Shown: positions 21,632 to 30,809, counted from the first letter of the stretch. The stretch: 64,000 bases of DNA from an uncultured Candidatus Saccharibacteria bacterium (GCA_965230915.1 OZ246395.1:204019-268018), one strand, 5' to 3'. Translations and numbers: made by a program. Notes: a model not told the origin generated them from the sequence alone.

Positions 21632-22153
21632 TTAAGCTTTCTTTTCCTTGATAGCGTTTAATGCTCTAACAAAATTACCTTGAACTCCCTTACTTGCATA
21701 CATAAAGCCACGGATAGGAGCGTTGAATCCACCCATAACCTGTGCCAATAAAACTTCTCTTGAAGGAAGTTTTGAAAAAGCCTCAACTTTATCACCAGTA
21801 AGTGCCTGACCGTTTAAAACACCCATTATTACTGCACCTTTTTCATTTTTCTTAATGAAATCAAAAAGAATCTTAATAGGTTCAACAACATCATCTGAAG
21901 TAGGTATAACCATAGCGTTTTGTCCTTGTAGGACTTTTTCATCTGCTTTAGCTCCTAATTTTTCGATAATTCTTGAAATTAAGGTATTTTTAACAACTTT
22001 TAATTTAGTGCCAGATTTGGCCAATTCTCCGCGAAGGGCATTGATTTCATTAACGCCAATTTTGGAGTAATTGAATACTACAGTTGTTCCATTTGTAAGC
22101 TCATTTGAAATTTCTTCAACGAGTTGTTTTTTTGCTTCTAAATTTTTGGACAT
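21632..22153 (-). CDS. rplJ: 50S ribosomal protein L10
   Basis: LKVVKNTL, SKLPSREVLLAQV; directly upstream of rplL. Confidence 0.95.
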   Translation of the reverse strand: MSKNLEAKKQLVEEISNELTNGTTVVFNYSKIGVNEINALRGELAKSGTKLKVVKNTLISRIIEKLGAKADEKVLQGQNAMVIPTSDDVVEPIKILFDFIKKNEKGAVIMGVLNGQALTGDKVEAFSKLPSREVLLAQVMGGFNAPIRGFMYASKGVQGNFVRALNAIKEKKA

Positions 22154-22159
22154 AATTTT

Positions 22160-22217
22160 TCCTCGGTAGGGTGGGAGGCCAAACAGCCTTTTAACTTGGG
22201 TCCCTACTGTCTATGGA
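22160..22217 (-). promoter_or_regulatory. L10 leader RNA (autoregulatory), with own promoter TTGACA-17-TAAACT just upstream
   Basis: Minus strand reads ccATAGACAGTAGG...TTAA...cCTACCGAGG, the typical L10-leader core, directly before rplJ. Confidence 0.8.
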
Positions 22218-22270
22218 ATTAATTGACTGGTGAAAGTTTAAATTGGGTAAATACTTATGTCAATAGGGAT

Positions 22271-23650
22271 TTATTCAGGCTTTGGGAGCCTTGTTCCATA
22301 TAAGTCAGCTATCATCCAAGCAAAATGGAATGCAATATTTTGATCTAATATATAAGCTTTTTTACCTCTGATTTGAGTAAGTAGTGGGTCGATTTCTAGG
22401 TCAAATGCACCTTTAAAGGTAGTTCTATTTACTATATGTTCGATCATCTGCCTTGTTTCTGTATCTTCACCATTTAGAGTTCTCTGGAGTTCGCGCTTTG
22501 TACCTTTAAATCCGTTTGGGTCACCTTTAACAACAATATGGGAACATCTACGTGCTAGGGTAGCGAAAACTTCTTGCCATGTGATTTTCTCTGTTTTGGT
22601 AGCTCTTTCAGGATAACTAACTGTGTTGCCATCTACGCCGGATTTTATTTGAAGTAGGTCGATAAAAGGTAAAATGTCATATCGTAAATACAAATTTAGC
22701 AAAGCATCCATAGGTGATAGTCCGAGGGCATTTGAATAAAGTACGCTAACAGGTCTATATGGATGGTCGGCTTTGTATTTTATTGCTTCAGATGGATTAT
22801 AAAAAGCCATAGTCGCTTCTCTAAACATTAGCGAGTATAAAGTATGTGCCTGTTCTGAAAATTTATGAGATGGGGTTATCGCAAATTCAGTTGTTATATC
22901 ATTAACCACGCGTATAAGTGCTAGTCTATATTGTTCTATGCTTTCTGCATTTCCTAATATATTCGAAGCATATTCAAAGGCTTTCTCCCATCTTTCTATT
23001 AGTGGAAGTGTTTTAGGAGCAATAATAGGCGAGCGTGTTGTGATAATTTTTATGGGTAAATCACGGTCTATAGCTTCCGGCCAGTTATCTTTTAGTGATC
23101 GCCTAAATGGGTGGTATGCTGAGCCACCGTACCATTGCTTAAGAAGCGTGGCAGCATCGTGTTGAACTTCCAATGAGCCTTTTTTCCCGGATGAAATTCG
23201 GGGAGCAAAACTTGACCATGATATTACAAGTCTATCTCTGAGTTGCCCAATATCTTTTGATGCTGCCTTAGCAAGTTCCTCTCGGTTCTTATTATATGCT
23301 GGAGTTGCTATGTTTAGTTCTGATAGGTGTAACTGTGATTTAGATTCGGGCGTAAGAGGCTCGTTACTATCACTTGTTTCTATTTCTAATTTTTTATCTG
23401 CTTCATAGTTGTCCGTAGACCGGAAAAATCTGCTTCTTAATGTATATTTCCGTTCTTGGCGAGGGCTCATTGTATAGACCTCTACTTTTGGATGATCAGC
23501 GTCGGGTTCTGGGAACGTTTCAATTGGTGGTTCATCAGTATATTCGGTCGGCTGTTGTGGATAGCCAGTTGGGTAATTGTATCCTTGTATTGTCTCAGGC
23601 TGTTCTTCTGGCAGATCTTCGTTTGGGAAATTTTCAAAATCATTTAGCAT
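22271..23650 (-). CDS. Hypothetical protein (459 aa) with acidic/Pro-rich N-terminus, inserted between rplA and rplJ
   Basis: Long ORF; promoter TTGCAA-16-TAGAAT upstream; no family recognised. Confidence 0.75.
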   Translation of the reverse strand: MLNDFENFPNEDLPEEQPETIQGYNYPTGYPQQPTEYTDEPPIETFPEPDADHPKVEVYTMSPRQERKYTLRSRFFRSTDNYEADKKLEIETSDSNEPLTPESKSQLHLSELNIATPAYNKNREELAKAASKDIGQLRDRLVISWSSFAPRISSGKKGSLEVQHDAATLLKQWYGGSAYHPFRRSLKDNWPEAIDRDLPIKIITTRSPIIAPKTLPLIERWEKAFEYASNILGNAESIEQYRLALIRVVNDITTEFAITPSHKFSEQAHTLYSLMFREATMAFYNPSEAIKYKADHPYRPVSVLYSNALGLSPMDALLNLYLRYDILPFIDLLQIKSGVDGNTVSYPERATKTEKITWQEVFATLARRCSHIVVKGDPNGFKGTKRELQRTLNGEDTETRQMIEHIVNRTTFKGAFDLEIDPLLTQIRGKKAYILDQNIAFHFAWMIADLYGTRLPKPE

Positions 23651-23726
23651 TCTAATTTATCGAGGATTCTAGCAAATGATTTTTATGTTGCAAGTTTTAG
23701 TGAATTTAAAGCCTGGGTTATAGTGA

Positions 23727-24560
23727 TTACGCTACAATCTTTACGCTAGGGCTCATAGTTGAGCAAACGTATACACCAGTTATGAATTTTTTCTTTATTT
23801 TAGCCGGAGTATTTTTGTTAAGTTCAGCTAATAGGTGAGAAATGTTAGCAACCAATTCTTCGTCTTTAAAGCTTAGGTTTCCAACTGTTTGGTGGATAAC
23901 CGCATGGCTTGGTTGTGTTTTAACTTCGATTTGGCCTTTAGATAATTCTTCAATAGCTTTCTCTGGTTTGTCTGTAACAGTGCCTGTCTTTGGTGAAGGC
24001 ATTAATCCTTTTGGACCTAAAATTTTTGCGGCTTTAGCAATGTCTTTCATGGTAGCAGGGGTAGCAATAACGATATTAAAATCTGTGTCAGCTTTTAATT
24101 TTCCTGAAACAATTTCATCAACAGCTGAAGCATCTCTGTAAGTTACATCACCTTTAGTTCCGGAATTTTCTGTTCCGATAACAAGAATTTTTACTTTTTT
24201 GCCAATTCCATGAGGTAAAGTGGTGATAAATCGAACTCTTTGATCAGATTTTGATTTGTCGATTCCCAAGTTGATATGAAGTTCTACAGATTCGTTGAAT
24301 TTTGCGTATGCAGCTTTTCTGATTTCTTTTACCGCCTCAGAAACTGATACTGATTTATCTTTATTTAATGCTTTTCTAGCAGCAGTATATTTTGCTCCAC
24401 GAGTTTTTTTAGCACCTTTTTTAATCATAGCCTTCTTTTTAGGAGCTTCTTCTACGGTTTCAGGTTTTGTAGTTTCTACTGGCTCAGTAGGAATAGCCAT
24501 ATCTGCTAAGTTTTCTAGCGCTTCTGGAGTTACTGATTTGTCGACGATTTTTTTAGCCAT
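23727..24560 (-). CDS. rplA: 50S ribosomal protein L1 (N-terminal extension)
   Basis: AKFNESVELHINLGID, LPHGIGK, ILGPKGLMPSPKTGTV, STMSPSVK. Confidence 0.97.
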   Translation of the reverse strand: MAKKIVDKSVTPEALENLADMAIPTEPVETTKPETVEEAPKKKAMIKKGAKKTRGAKYTAARKALNKDKSVSVSEAVKEIRKAAYAKFNESVELHINLGIDKSKSDQRVRFITTLPHGIGKKVKILVIGTENSGTKGDVTYRDASAVDEIVSGKLKADTDFNIVIATPATMKDIAKAAKILGPKGLMPSPKTGTVTDKPEKAIEELSKGQIEVKTQPSHAVIHQTVGNLSFKDEELVANISHLLAELNKNTPAKIKKKFITGVYVCSTMSPSVKIVA

Positions 24561-24568
24561 GTTTATAT

Positions 24569-24988
24569 TTATGCTTCAACTTCTACACCCATACTTCTTG
24601 CTGATCCGGCAATTATTTTCATTGCTTGTTCGACGCTGTTAGCGTTTAGGTCAGGCATCTTCTTTTCAGCAATTTCTCGAAGCTGAGCTTGAGTAATTTT
24701 GCCGATTTTTGTTTTATTAGGTTCTCCTGATGCTTTGTCTTTTCCGATAGCTTTAAGAATTAAGCTGGTTGCAGGAGGTGTTTTAAGAATAAATGTGAAT
24801 GATCCGCCTTCGAAGATTGTGACTTCAGCTGGAACAATTCCATCCATACCTTGAGTTCTTTGATTGAATTCAGTACAGAAAGCCATAATCTGAACTCCGT
24901 GTTGACCAAGTGCTGGTCCGATAGGTGGAGCTGGATTAGCTTTTCCGGCTTGAATATTTAATTTTAGGATTGTTTTAACCTTTGGCAT
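24569..24988 (-). CDS. rplK: 50S ribosomal protein L11
   Basis: [32 protein letters not shown]. Confidence 0.99.
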   Translation of the reverse strand: MPKVKTILKLNIQAGKANPAPPIGPALGQHGVQIMAFCTEFNQRTQGMDGIVPAEVTIFEGGSFTFILKTPPATSLILKAIGKDKASGEPNKTKIGKITQAQLREIAEKKMPDLNANSVEQAMKIIAGSARSMGVEVEA

Positions 24989-25044
24989 GTTAATTTTGCT
25001 TGCTTATTATATAAAACTGTTCGAAAAAAGGGAAGTTTTTTCGT

Positions 25045-25632
25045 TTATGCTGGCTCTACTTGTGTAAAGTCAACTTCGACAGGAGTTTCGCGATCGAAAA
25101 CAGAAACTAATACTTCTAAACGACCCTGATCTGTCATAACCTTGCTGACTTTTCCTAAGAAATCCTTGAAAGCACCAGCATTAATCTTAACTGCATCTCC
25201 TTCTTTGAATTTGGCTTCAAATCTTGGAGCATCTAATTTCATAAATTTAACGATAGAATCAACTTCTTTTTTAGAAAGTGGAGTAGGGCGGTTTCCGATT
25301 CCGACGAATCCGGTAACTCCTGGAGTAGTTCGAATTGCGTGCCATACATTATCGTCTATAACAGCTTTTACCAAGATATATCCTGGGAACATACGTTCGT
25401 CGACTTCTTTCTTTTTACCGCTAGAAATAACGATTTTCTTTTGTGTAGGAATTAAAACTTCATTAATGCGGTCAGTAAGATCCATAACACGGACGCGTTC
25501 CCCTAAAGTAATAGCGACCTTTCTTTCGTGACCTGAATAGGTGTGAACCACAAACCATTTTGCTTCTGGATTTGGTCTATCTGTAAATTTTAAGCCTGTT
25601 GGGGCTTCCATTTGGATTGCTTCTTCTGCCAT
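25045..25632 (-). CDS. nusG: Transcription termination/antitermination factor NusG
   Basis: WFVVHTYSGHE, FPGYILV, TPGVTGFVG, KOW domain, VFDRETPVEV. Confidence 0.98.
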   Translation of the reverse strand: MAEEAIQMEAPTGLKFTDRPNPEAKWFVVHTYSGHERKVAITLGERVRVMDLTDRINEVLIPTQKKIVISSGKKKEVDERMFPGYILVKAVIDDNVWHAIRTTPGVTGFVGIGNRPTPLSKKEVDSIVKFMKLDAPRFEAKFKEGDAVKINAGAFKDFLGKVSKVMTDQGRLEVLVSVFDRETPVEVDFTQVEPA

Positions 25633-25643
25633 TTCTTTTTTAA

Positions 25644-25823
25644 TTAAATGAATGCTTTAAATACTGCACTAAAAACGTAGTCTAATAGACCCATATAAAT
25701 GCTGACGATAAGACTAACAATAATAACAACCTGCGTCAATCTTATAGTTTCTTTTCGAGTAGGCCAAATTACCTTTTTTAATTCGTCTCGAGTTTCATTT
25801 ATGAATTTACTGGGATTAAACAC
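25644..25823 (-). CDS. secE: Preprotein translocase subunit SecE (59 aa, not in ORF track; leaderless GTG start)
   Basis: Own translation: VFNPSKFINETRDELKKVIWPTRKETIRLTQVVIIVSLIVSIYMGLLDYVFSAVFKAFI; ELKKVxWP motif; upstream of nusG; TATACT 6 nt before GTG. Confidence 0.95.
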   Translation of the reverse strand: MFNPSKFINETRDELKKVIWPTRKETIRLTQVVIIVSLIVSIYMGLLDYVFSAVFKAFI

Positions 25824-25917
25824 TGCACTAGTATAGCAAGTAGCTATCTATATTGCTATACGGTACTTGCTCTTTTTCATGTTTTGCCATGAAAGTAGCA
25901 AACCAGCTGTTAAATAA

Positions 25918-26160
25918 CTAGATGAACGTTTGCTCTTTCGCCGTTTTCGCAAAAAGTAGCAAACAAGCCATTATCTGACTAGACGAACATATAGTGGAAA
26001 ACTCATAGTAAAGTCTGTATAATTCCTGACGGACCAAATCCAAGGTGCTTGGATCTCGTCCAGCAAGGTTCTTAATAAAATTAAGAGAAAGTGAGTCGCA
26101 AAATGCGTCGCAAGCCAGATTCCGATAAGTAAAATACGGATGGCGAAGTAAATCCTCCAT
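25918..26160 (-). CDS. Orphan cassette protein (80 aa)
   Basis: 5' hairpin 26171-26221, purine-rich AAGAGAAG before ATG, bulged 3' hairpin 25862-25904. Confidence 0.55.
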   Translation of the reverse strand: MEDLLRHPYFTYRNLACDAFCDSLSLNFIKNLAGRDPSTLDLVRQELYRLYYEFSTICSSSQIMACLLLFAKTAKEQTFI

Positions 26161-26253
26161 AGCTTCTCTTAGGGGAGCAGTTCGGCATAAGGGCCAAAAT
26201 CCTTATATCAACTGCTCTCCTGGTTATTTTCTATTTCAAAATTTTCTGTAATA

Positions 26254-26961
26254 ATGGCTGATATGAGTTCGATGGCAGATCTTTTAGCAGAAGATCTTCA
26301 AGAAGATTTAGAAGAGCCCAAAAATATCCCACCTCAAAACGTTAACCCTCAAAATCAACTTTCTATAGAAGAACAAAATAAATTGCCTCCAATTGGCGAA
26401 GATATCCAATGTATTACCCATGCCTGCATTGAACAATTAAATGGATTAAATTTGCCTCCGAATAATTCAAGTTCTGGAGTATATCTTGTGTGTAGCAATA
26501 TTTTGCATGTCCAACACGCAGCCGCTGTTGAATATGCAAAACAGTATGAAAATGGGTTAGTACCATTTGACCATTTTATGAGAGATATTCTTCCGATAAT
26601 TAAAGCTGAAGATGCAAGGTTATTTTCGAATTATGTAAATATTTTTGATTCGCTAGAGGGTCGAAATGATAGGGTAATAGGAGGTAGTTTTTACGATAGA
26701 GTATCAGTTTTAGCTTCTATAATTACATTTAAAGCTAGATGTGAGCACCAGGCTGCTATATGGGAAACAACCGACAAGTTTTGGTATTTTGCCCAAGAGG
26801 TATATCAGAAATATGCCTTATATGAAGACAAGATTTCACATCTTAATACAACCGATTCTGAAAAGGCCGGATTTAAAGAGTGGCTTCTTCTAAATTTTCC
26901 TAAAAATATAATCAGCGCGTGGGTTTCTTCTATTAGAGCTCAACCTCAAGCAGCTGTATAA
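26254..26961 (+). CDS. Hypothetical protein (235 aa)
   Basis: Long ORF, no recognised family. Confidence 0.7.
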   Translation: MADMSSMADLLAEDLQEDLEEPKNIPPQNVNPQNQLSIEEQNKLPPIGEDIQCITHACIEQLNGLNLPPNNSSSGVYLVCSNILHVQHAAAVEYAKQYENGLVPFDHFMRDILPIIKAEDARLFSNYVNIFDSLEGRNDRVIGGSFYDRVSVLASIITFKARCEHQAAIWETTDKFWYFAQEVYQKYALYEDKISHLNTTDSEKAGFKEWLLLNFPKNIISAWVSSIRAQPQAAV

Positions 26962-26992
26962 ATTTTCATTTAATACATATACAATAAATTCA

Positions 26993-27451
26993 ATGCCACA
27001 CTATAAAGAGAACGATAAAGAATTAGAAAAAATTATATCGCCATCCGGTTTTGAAGATCGAAAGCCACTTACTGTAAAAGAAGCTGCAAAAACATTCCGC
27101 TTACACCGCGTGTCGGTTAAAAATGCTTGGAACGGCGTGGTTACGGCATTCTTAACACAACCAAACTTCAGAATACATTTAGTGTTCTTTTTACTTGTAA
27201 CTTTAATGAGTTTTTATTTTCAAATAACACTTTTTGAGTACGTTTCGATCGTAGTGGTTAGTGCTCTAGTTATAGTTTGTGAAATGGTTAATACCGCTGT
27301 CGAGGCCGTTAGTGACGAAGTCGCTCAAGGTGAGTACAGAAGATTAATCGGAGTTGCAAAAGATGTTGCAGCGGGGGCAGTTTTGCTTTCAGCCTGTTTT
27401 GCCATTTTAGTAGCCATATTAATTTTTGGACCAAGAATCATAGCAATTTAG
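26993..27451 (+). CDS. dgkA: Diacylglycerol/undecaprenol kinase (DAGK_prokar family)
   Basis: QPNFRIH, EMVNTAVE, AKDVAAGAVL. Confidence 0.92.
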   Translation: MPHYKENDKELEKIISPSGFEDRKPLTVKEAAKTFRLHRVSVKNAWNGVVTAFLTQPNFRIHLVFFLLVTLMSFYFQITLFEYVSIVVVSALVIVCEMVNTAVEAVSDEVAQGEYRRLIGVAKDVAAGAVLLSACFAILVAILIFGPRIIAI

Positions 27452-27502
27452 CTAATTAAGCGAGCTTGAACTCTTCAACCTAGACATATATAGTTAATTC
27501 AC

Positions 27503-28126
27503 ATGTTAATCTCACTTCTTTTTGAAAATCCAATCGTTGCTCTTATGGTTTTTGCTTCACTAATAACAGCTTTAGCATTTCACGAATATGCGCATGCATA
27601 TGCTGCAACCAAAATGGGCGATCCAACACCAAGAATGCAGGGAAGGCTAACTTTAAATCCATTGGCCCATTTAGATGCTCTTGGATCATTACTATTAATA
27701 TTCACCGGAATAGGTTGGGGTAAACCAGTGGAATTTAACCCCGCATATATGAAAAATGTCAGACGCGACGCAGCGATTGTCGCTTTCGCTGGGCCGCTTT
27801 CTAACATTGCGCTTGCTATAGTTGCAACGGGATTACTGTATATAACAAACATGATGCCAGCACTTAGCTATATAAGTATGGCTTTGGCTTTCTTTGTGAC
27901 TCTAAATATCGCTTTGGCTGTTTTTAATTTAATTCCTGTAGAACCATTAGATGGATTTAAAGTTGTTGCCGGTATACTGCCACCACATTTGGCACGCCAG
28001 TGGGAAGAGCTTCGGCCTTATGGAATTTATGTTCTTTTGGTTCTTTATTTCACTCGAATGATCGATAAGTGGATATTCCCGGTTGCAGATTTTATATCTA
28101 ACTTTTTATTACAGGGAATTCGCTAA
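27503..28126 (+). CDS. Site-2 protease family (M50) membrane metalloprotease
   Basis: HEYAH, GDPTPRMQGRLTLNP, AGPLSN, FNLIPVEPLDG. Confidence 0.95.
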   Translation: MLISLLFENPIVALMVFASLITALAFHEYAHAYAATKMGDPTPRMQGRLTLNPLAHLDALGSLLLIFTGIGWGKPVEFNPAYMKNVRRDAAIVAFAGPLSNIALAIVATGLLYITNMMPALSYISMALAFFVTLNIALAVFNLIPVEPLDGFKVVAGILPPHLARQWEELRPYGIYVLLVLYFTRMIDKWIFPVADFISNFLLQGIR

Positions 28127-28212
28127 ATTCGTTATCCCGAAGAGGTTTCTTGTGTGTTAAAATTTTCAAGTCCAATTGTAATGATCTGGAGCGATCTTTT
28201 TTAGATTTGGAA

Positions 28213-28302
28213 GTTTTGAATTTTTTATGAATATTCTGGAGGTAGCTTGAGACTACTGGCTCAAGCGTAAAGCCGTAAGTATGTGAATAAAAAATTCAAA
28301 AC
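28213..28302 (+). repeat. Palindromic repeat element, copy 1 (core shared with 36933-37022)
   Basis: 16-bp arms gttttgaattttttat/ataaaaaattcaaaac around core ctggaggtagcttgagactactggctcaagc. Confidence 0.75.
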
Positions 28303-28308
28303 GAACAA

Positions 28309-28384
28309 GCCTGGATAGCTCAGTTGGTAGAGCACGTCCATGGTAAGGACGGGGTCCCGAGTTCAAATCTCGGTTCAGGCTCCA
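28309..28384 (+). tRNA. tRNA-Thr(GGT)
   Basis: Cloverleaf; anticodon arm cgtcc-atGGTaa-ggacg; TTC loop; encoded CCA. Confidence 0.97.
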
Positions 28385-28415
28385 TTTTAGATTTATTGTT
28401 TTTCATTAGCGACCC

Positions 28416-28491
28416 GCCGTTTTAGCTCAGTTGGTAGAGCAGCGGTTTTGTAAACCGCAGGTCCTGAGTTCGAGCCTCAGAAACGGCTCCA
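28416..28491 (+). tRNA. tRNA-Thr(TGT)
   Basis: gcggt-ttTGTaa-accgc; GTTCGA; encoded CCA. Confidence 0.97.
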
Positions 28492-28511
28492 TTTTTCACC
28501 CTAATCACAGA

Positions 28512-28549
28512 CCTATAGTATTGCAATTTTCCTGGTTTTAATTTATAAT
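28512..28549 (+). promoter_or_regulatory. Cassette promoter CCTATAGTA-TTGCAA-17-TATAAT
   Basis: Near-consensus sigma70 boxes with shared upstream motif; hairpin gctaat-ctaa-attagc at predicted transcript start. Confidence 0.75.
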
Positions 28550-28607
28550 TATGCCCGCTAATCTAAATTAGCAGCGGAAATTCTACTCACTATGAAGGAG
28601 AGAAAAG

Positions 28608-28988
28608 ATGATCGCCGTAGCACCAGGTATAGAGGTTGAGATGGATGGTTCTGTCGTCGACGAGGCGCCAGTTGTTGTTCGGTCGCCCTTTTCGATGGGC
28701 TACGTTGGGCATGCGACATGGAAGCCATTACGGAACTTTCTTCTTAATCGCGCCGACTTACCGTTCGAAAGGATCCTGGCCTTAGGCCGGCACCTCGGCA
28801 TTGCCGAAGGCGCACTATGGGCCGAAGGGATCAACTTGGGGATTCCCAAGAATCGTCGGTATCGTTTTGTTTCGAACTTTGTAACCGCCGTCATGGCTGA
28901 CGCCAAGCCTCCTGTTGGAGCCGATGGCAAACGGCCTAAGTACGACAAGTTCGCGACGTTGAAAAAGCTCAAGGCCGCAATCGCCTAG
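28608..28988 (+). CDS. Orphan cassette protein (126 aa)
   Basis: SD GAAGGAGAG; GC-rich (35/60 G+C at 28741-28800); own promoter and 3' hairpin. Confidence 0.8.
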   Translation: MIAVAPGIEVEMDGSVVDEAPVVVRSPFSMGYVGHATWKPLRNFLLNRADLPFERILALGRHLGIAEGALWAEGINLGIPKNRRYRFVSNFVTAVMADAKPPVGADGKRPKYDKFATLKKLKAAIA

Positions 28989-29001
28989 AGCTAATCCGCT
29001 T

Positions 29002-29071
29002 GGCCCAGGTATAGTGGTTTATTTACTCTTCGGAGTCTAAATATAACTGCTATGCCTGGGTCTTTTTTTTT
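29002..29071 (+). terminator. Long bulged 3' hairpin/terminator of cassette
   Basis: ggcccaggtatagtggtt...aactgctatgcctgggtc + T9; upper stem with UUCG loop. Confidence 0.8.
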
Positions 29072-29107
29072 GTTTGACTTATAAATTTCATCAGATACAA
29101 TCGAAAT

Positions 29108-29272
29108 ATGAGAGTAATCTCAAACCTGCTGTGATCGTACATAATATAAAAGCGATCATTACAAGCTTTAACCGGGGTATTCGAATCTCGGTAAAGGAAA
29201 CTTTATCGGTGAGAATTAGCCCAAATGTCAGACCATCATGGTCGGCTACATTATGCACGGCACGGCGGGTCT
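29108..29272 (+). ncRNA. ssrS: Probable 6S RNA
   Basis: Promoter TTGACT-16-TACAAT; closing helix acctgctgtg(29124)/cacggcgggt(29270), then gtacataat/attatgcac; GUGAUCG...CGGCAC resembles conserved 6S terminal regions; apical stem cggtaaag-GAAA-ctttatcg. Confidence 0.55.
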
Positions 29273-29335
29273 ATATTTACTAAAATTACATAGTTGTACT
29301 AGCTTTATAAAAAGCTTGTTGTTATAATATCGACC

Positions 29336-29515
29336 ATGGCTAAGAAGGGAAAAGGACATCGTCAAATGATGTTGTGGGCTTGCAGCAAATGCGGCAACAA
29401 AAATTACATAACAGAAAAGAATAAAATCAACACTACTGATAAATTGGAAATGAATAAATTCTGCAAGACTTGCCAGGAACATACTTCTCACAAAGAAAAT
29501 ACTAGACTTAAATAA
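29336..29515 (+). CDS. rpmG: 50S ribosomal protein L33, Zn-binding type (not in ORF track; leaderless)
   Basis: Own translation: MAKKGKGHRQMMLWACSKCGNKNYITEKNKINTTDKLEMNKFCKTCQEHTSHKENTRLK; TATAAT 7 nt before ATG. Confidence 0.96.
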   Translation: MAKKGKGHRQMMLWACSKCGNKNYITEKNKINTTDKLEMNKFCKTCQEHTSHKENTRLK

Positions 29516-29581
29516 AGTCGCTAAAGTCTCCAAATGACAAAATATCTCTTGCCATCTATAATTCGTCTATTGTTTTTATAT

Positions 29582-29656
29582 AGGCGGGTCGGTTAATCGG
29601 TAAACCACGGGTCTCCAAAACCCGGACTGTGGGTTCGAGGCCCACCCCGCCTGCCA
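29582..29656 (+). tRNA. tRNA-Trp(CCA)
   Basis: cgggt-ctCCAaa-acccg; GGTTCGA; encoded CCA; follows rpmG. Confidence 0.96.
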
Positions 29657-29689
29657 TTTTCAGTATATCCTCAGCCATTTCTACTGTTA

Positions 29690-29730
29690 GTTCATAACTC
29701 GGTTAACATTTGTTCATAATTTGTTAATAA
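29690..29730 (+). promoter_or_regulatory. Four ~11-bp-phased GTT(C/A)A(T/C)A boxes upstream of the response regulator (putative autoregulatory OmpR/PhoP-type site)
   Basis: gttcata 29690, gttaaca 29702, gttcata 29712, gttaata 29723. Confidence 0.5.
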
Positions 29731-29761
29731 ATTTTTCAAGATGTATAGTTAAATTTAAATA

Positions 29762-30433
29762 ATGAAAGCATTAGTAATCGACGATGATCCTCGAATAGTT
29801 CGAAGACTCCAACGTATTCTAAAAGACGAATATGTGGTCGATATTGCTCAAAGTGCTTCAGCGGGCGAAAAACTCGCTTACAATTCTCATTACGACATTA
29901 TTTTGCTCGATCTAATGCTTCCTGATATGGATGGTTTAGATTTATGTTCTGTCCTTAAGACAAATACGAAGGATATTCCTATAATGATTATTTCTGATAA
30001 AAATTCGATTGCCGATATCGATCGTGCATTCGATAAAGGGGCCGACGATTACTTAATGAAACCTTTAAATGTACGAGAATTAAAAGCTCGAATGAAGGCC
30101 TTATTGCGGCGTGTTGCCAGATCAGAAGACTTATATAGTAAGACTTTAACTCTTCGTAATTTAATGTTTGATAGGTCTCGAAAAGCCTTGTTTTACAACG
30201 AAAAAAGGGTTGCGCTGCGAAAAAAAGAAATGCAGTTAATCGAGTTTCTAATGGTAAACAAAGGTAGGGTTTTAACTCGTGGTGAAATTTTGGAACACGT
30301 TTGGGACGCTGATATCAGCGTATTCACAAATACGGTCGACGTACATATGAAACGTTTACGAGACAAAATAGAGAAGCCTTTTAATGAAAAGTATATCGAA
30401 ACCGTTCATGGTCTAGGTTATATTATTGAGTGA
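29762..30433 (+). CDS. OmpR/PhoB-family response regulator
   Basis: VIDDD, LLDLMLPDMDG, GADDYLMKP, wHTH NTVDVHMKRLRDKI, ETVHGLGY. Confidence 0.96.
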   Translation: MKALVIDDDPRIVRRLQRILKDEYVVDIAQSASAGEKLAYNSHYDIILLDLMLPDMDGLDLCSVLKTNTKDIPIMIISDKNSIADIDRAFDKGADDYLMKPLNVRELKARMKALLRRVARSEDLYSKTLTLRNLMFDRSRKALFYNEKRVALRKKEMQLIEFLMVNKGRVLTRGEILEHVWDADISVFTNTVDVHMKRLRDKIEKPFNEKYIETVHGLGYIIE

Positions 30434-30444
30434 GATTTTTGCTA

Positions 30445-30699
30445 TTAAGCAGCTTTTTGTGCTTTAGCTTCAGCTGAAACGTATTCTGGGTATTTTGCAC
30501 CAAAGATTTTTCCCTGTTTTACAGATTTTAAGCAGTCAGTACAAATGTTTACCTGAACTGGAACATCTTGCACTAAAATAGTGGTTTTTCTAAGATTTGG
30601 TTGTCTATGTCGGATACTACGATACTTAACTCCCCAGATAAGGGCGATCTTTTTTCCTTTTTGTGATTTTTTATCGCAGAGTTGGCAAACTTTTGACAT
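30445..30699 (-). CDS. rpmB: 50S ribosomal protein L28
   Basis: MSKVCQLCDK...QPNL...ICTDCLK. Confidence 0.88.
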   Translation of the reverse strand: MSKVCQLCDKKSQKGKKIALIWGVKYRSIRHRQPNLRKTTILVQDVPVQVNICTDCLKSVKQGKIFGAKYPEYVSAEAKAQKAA

Positions 30700-30809
30700 G
30701 CGAATATTAAACCATTTTTGAGGCTAAATGGCAACCTTTTTAGTATAGATTTACTGTTTTGTTAGTTTTTTGTTACATAAAATTAATGTGCGGGGAGTAG
30801 ATTTGCAGA

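Noticed and set aside
29074-29533. ORFs 29074-29283(+) and 29246-29533(-), and leaderless 8-codon MRVISNLL
   Set aside because: They overlap the probable 6S RNA and rpmG; no coding signals.
28416-29660. tRNA-targeted genomic island or prophage at tRNA-Thr/Trp (also tRNA-Ser)
   Set aside because: No duplicated tRNA 3' end (att repeat) and no integrase were found by eye.
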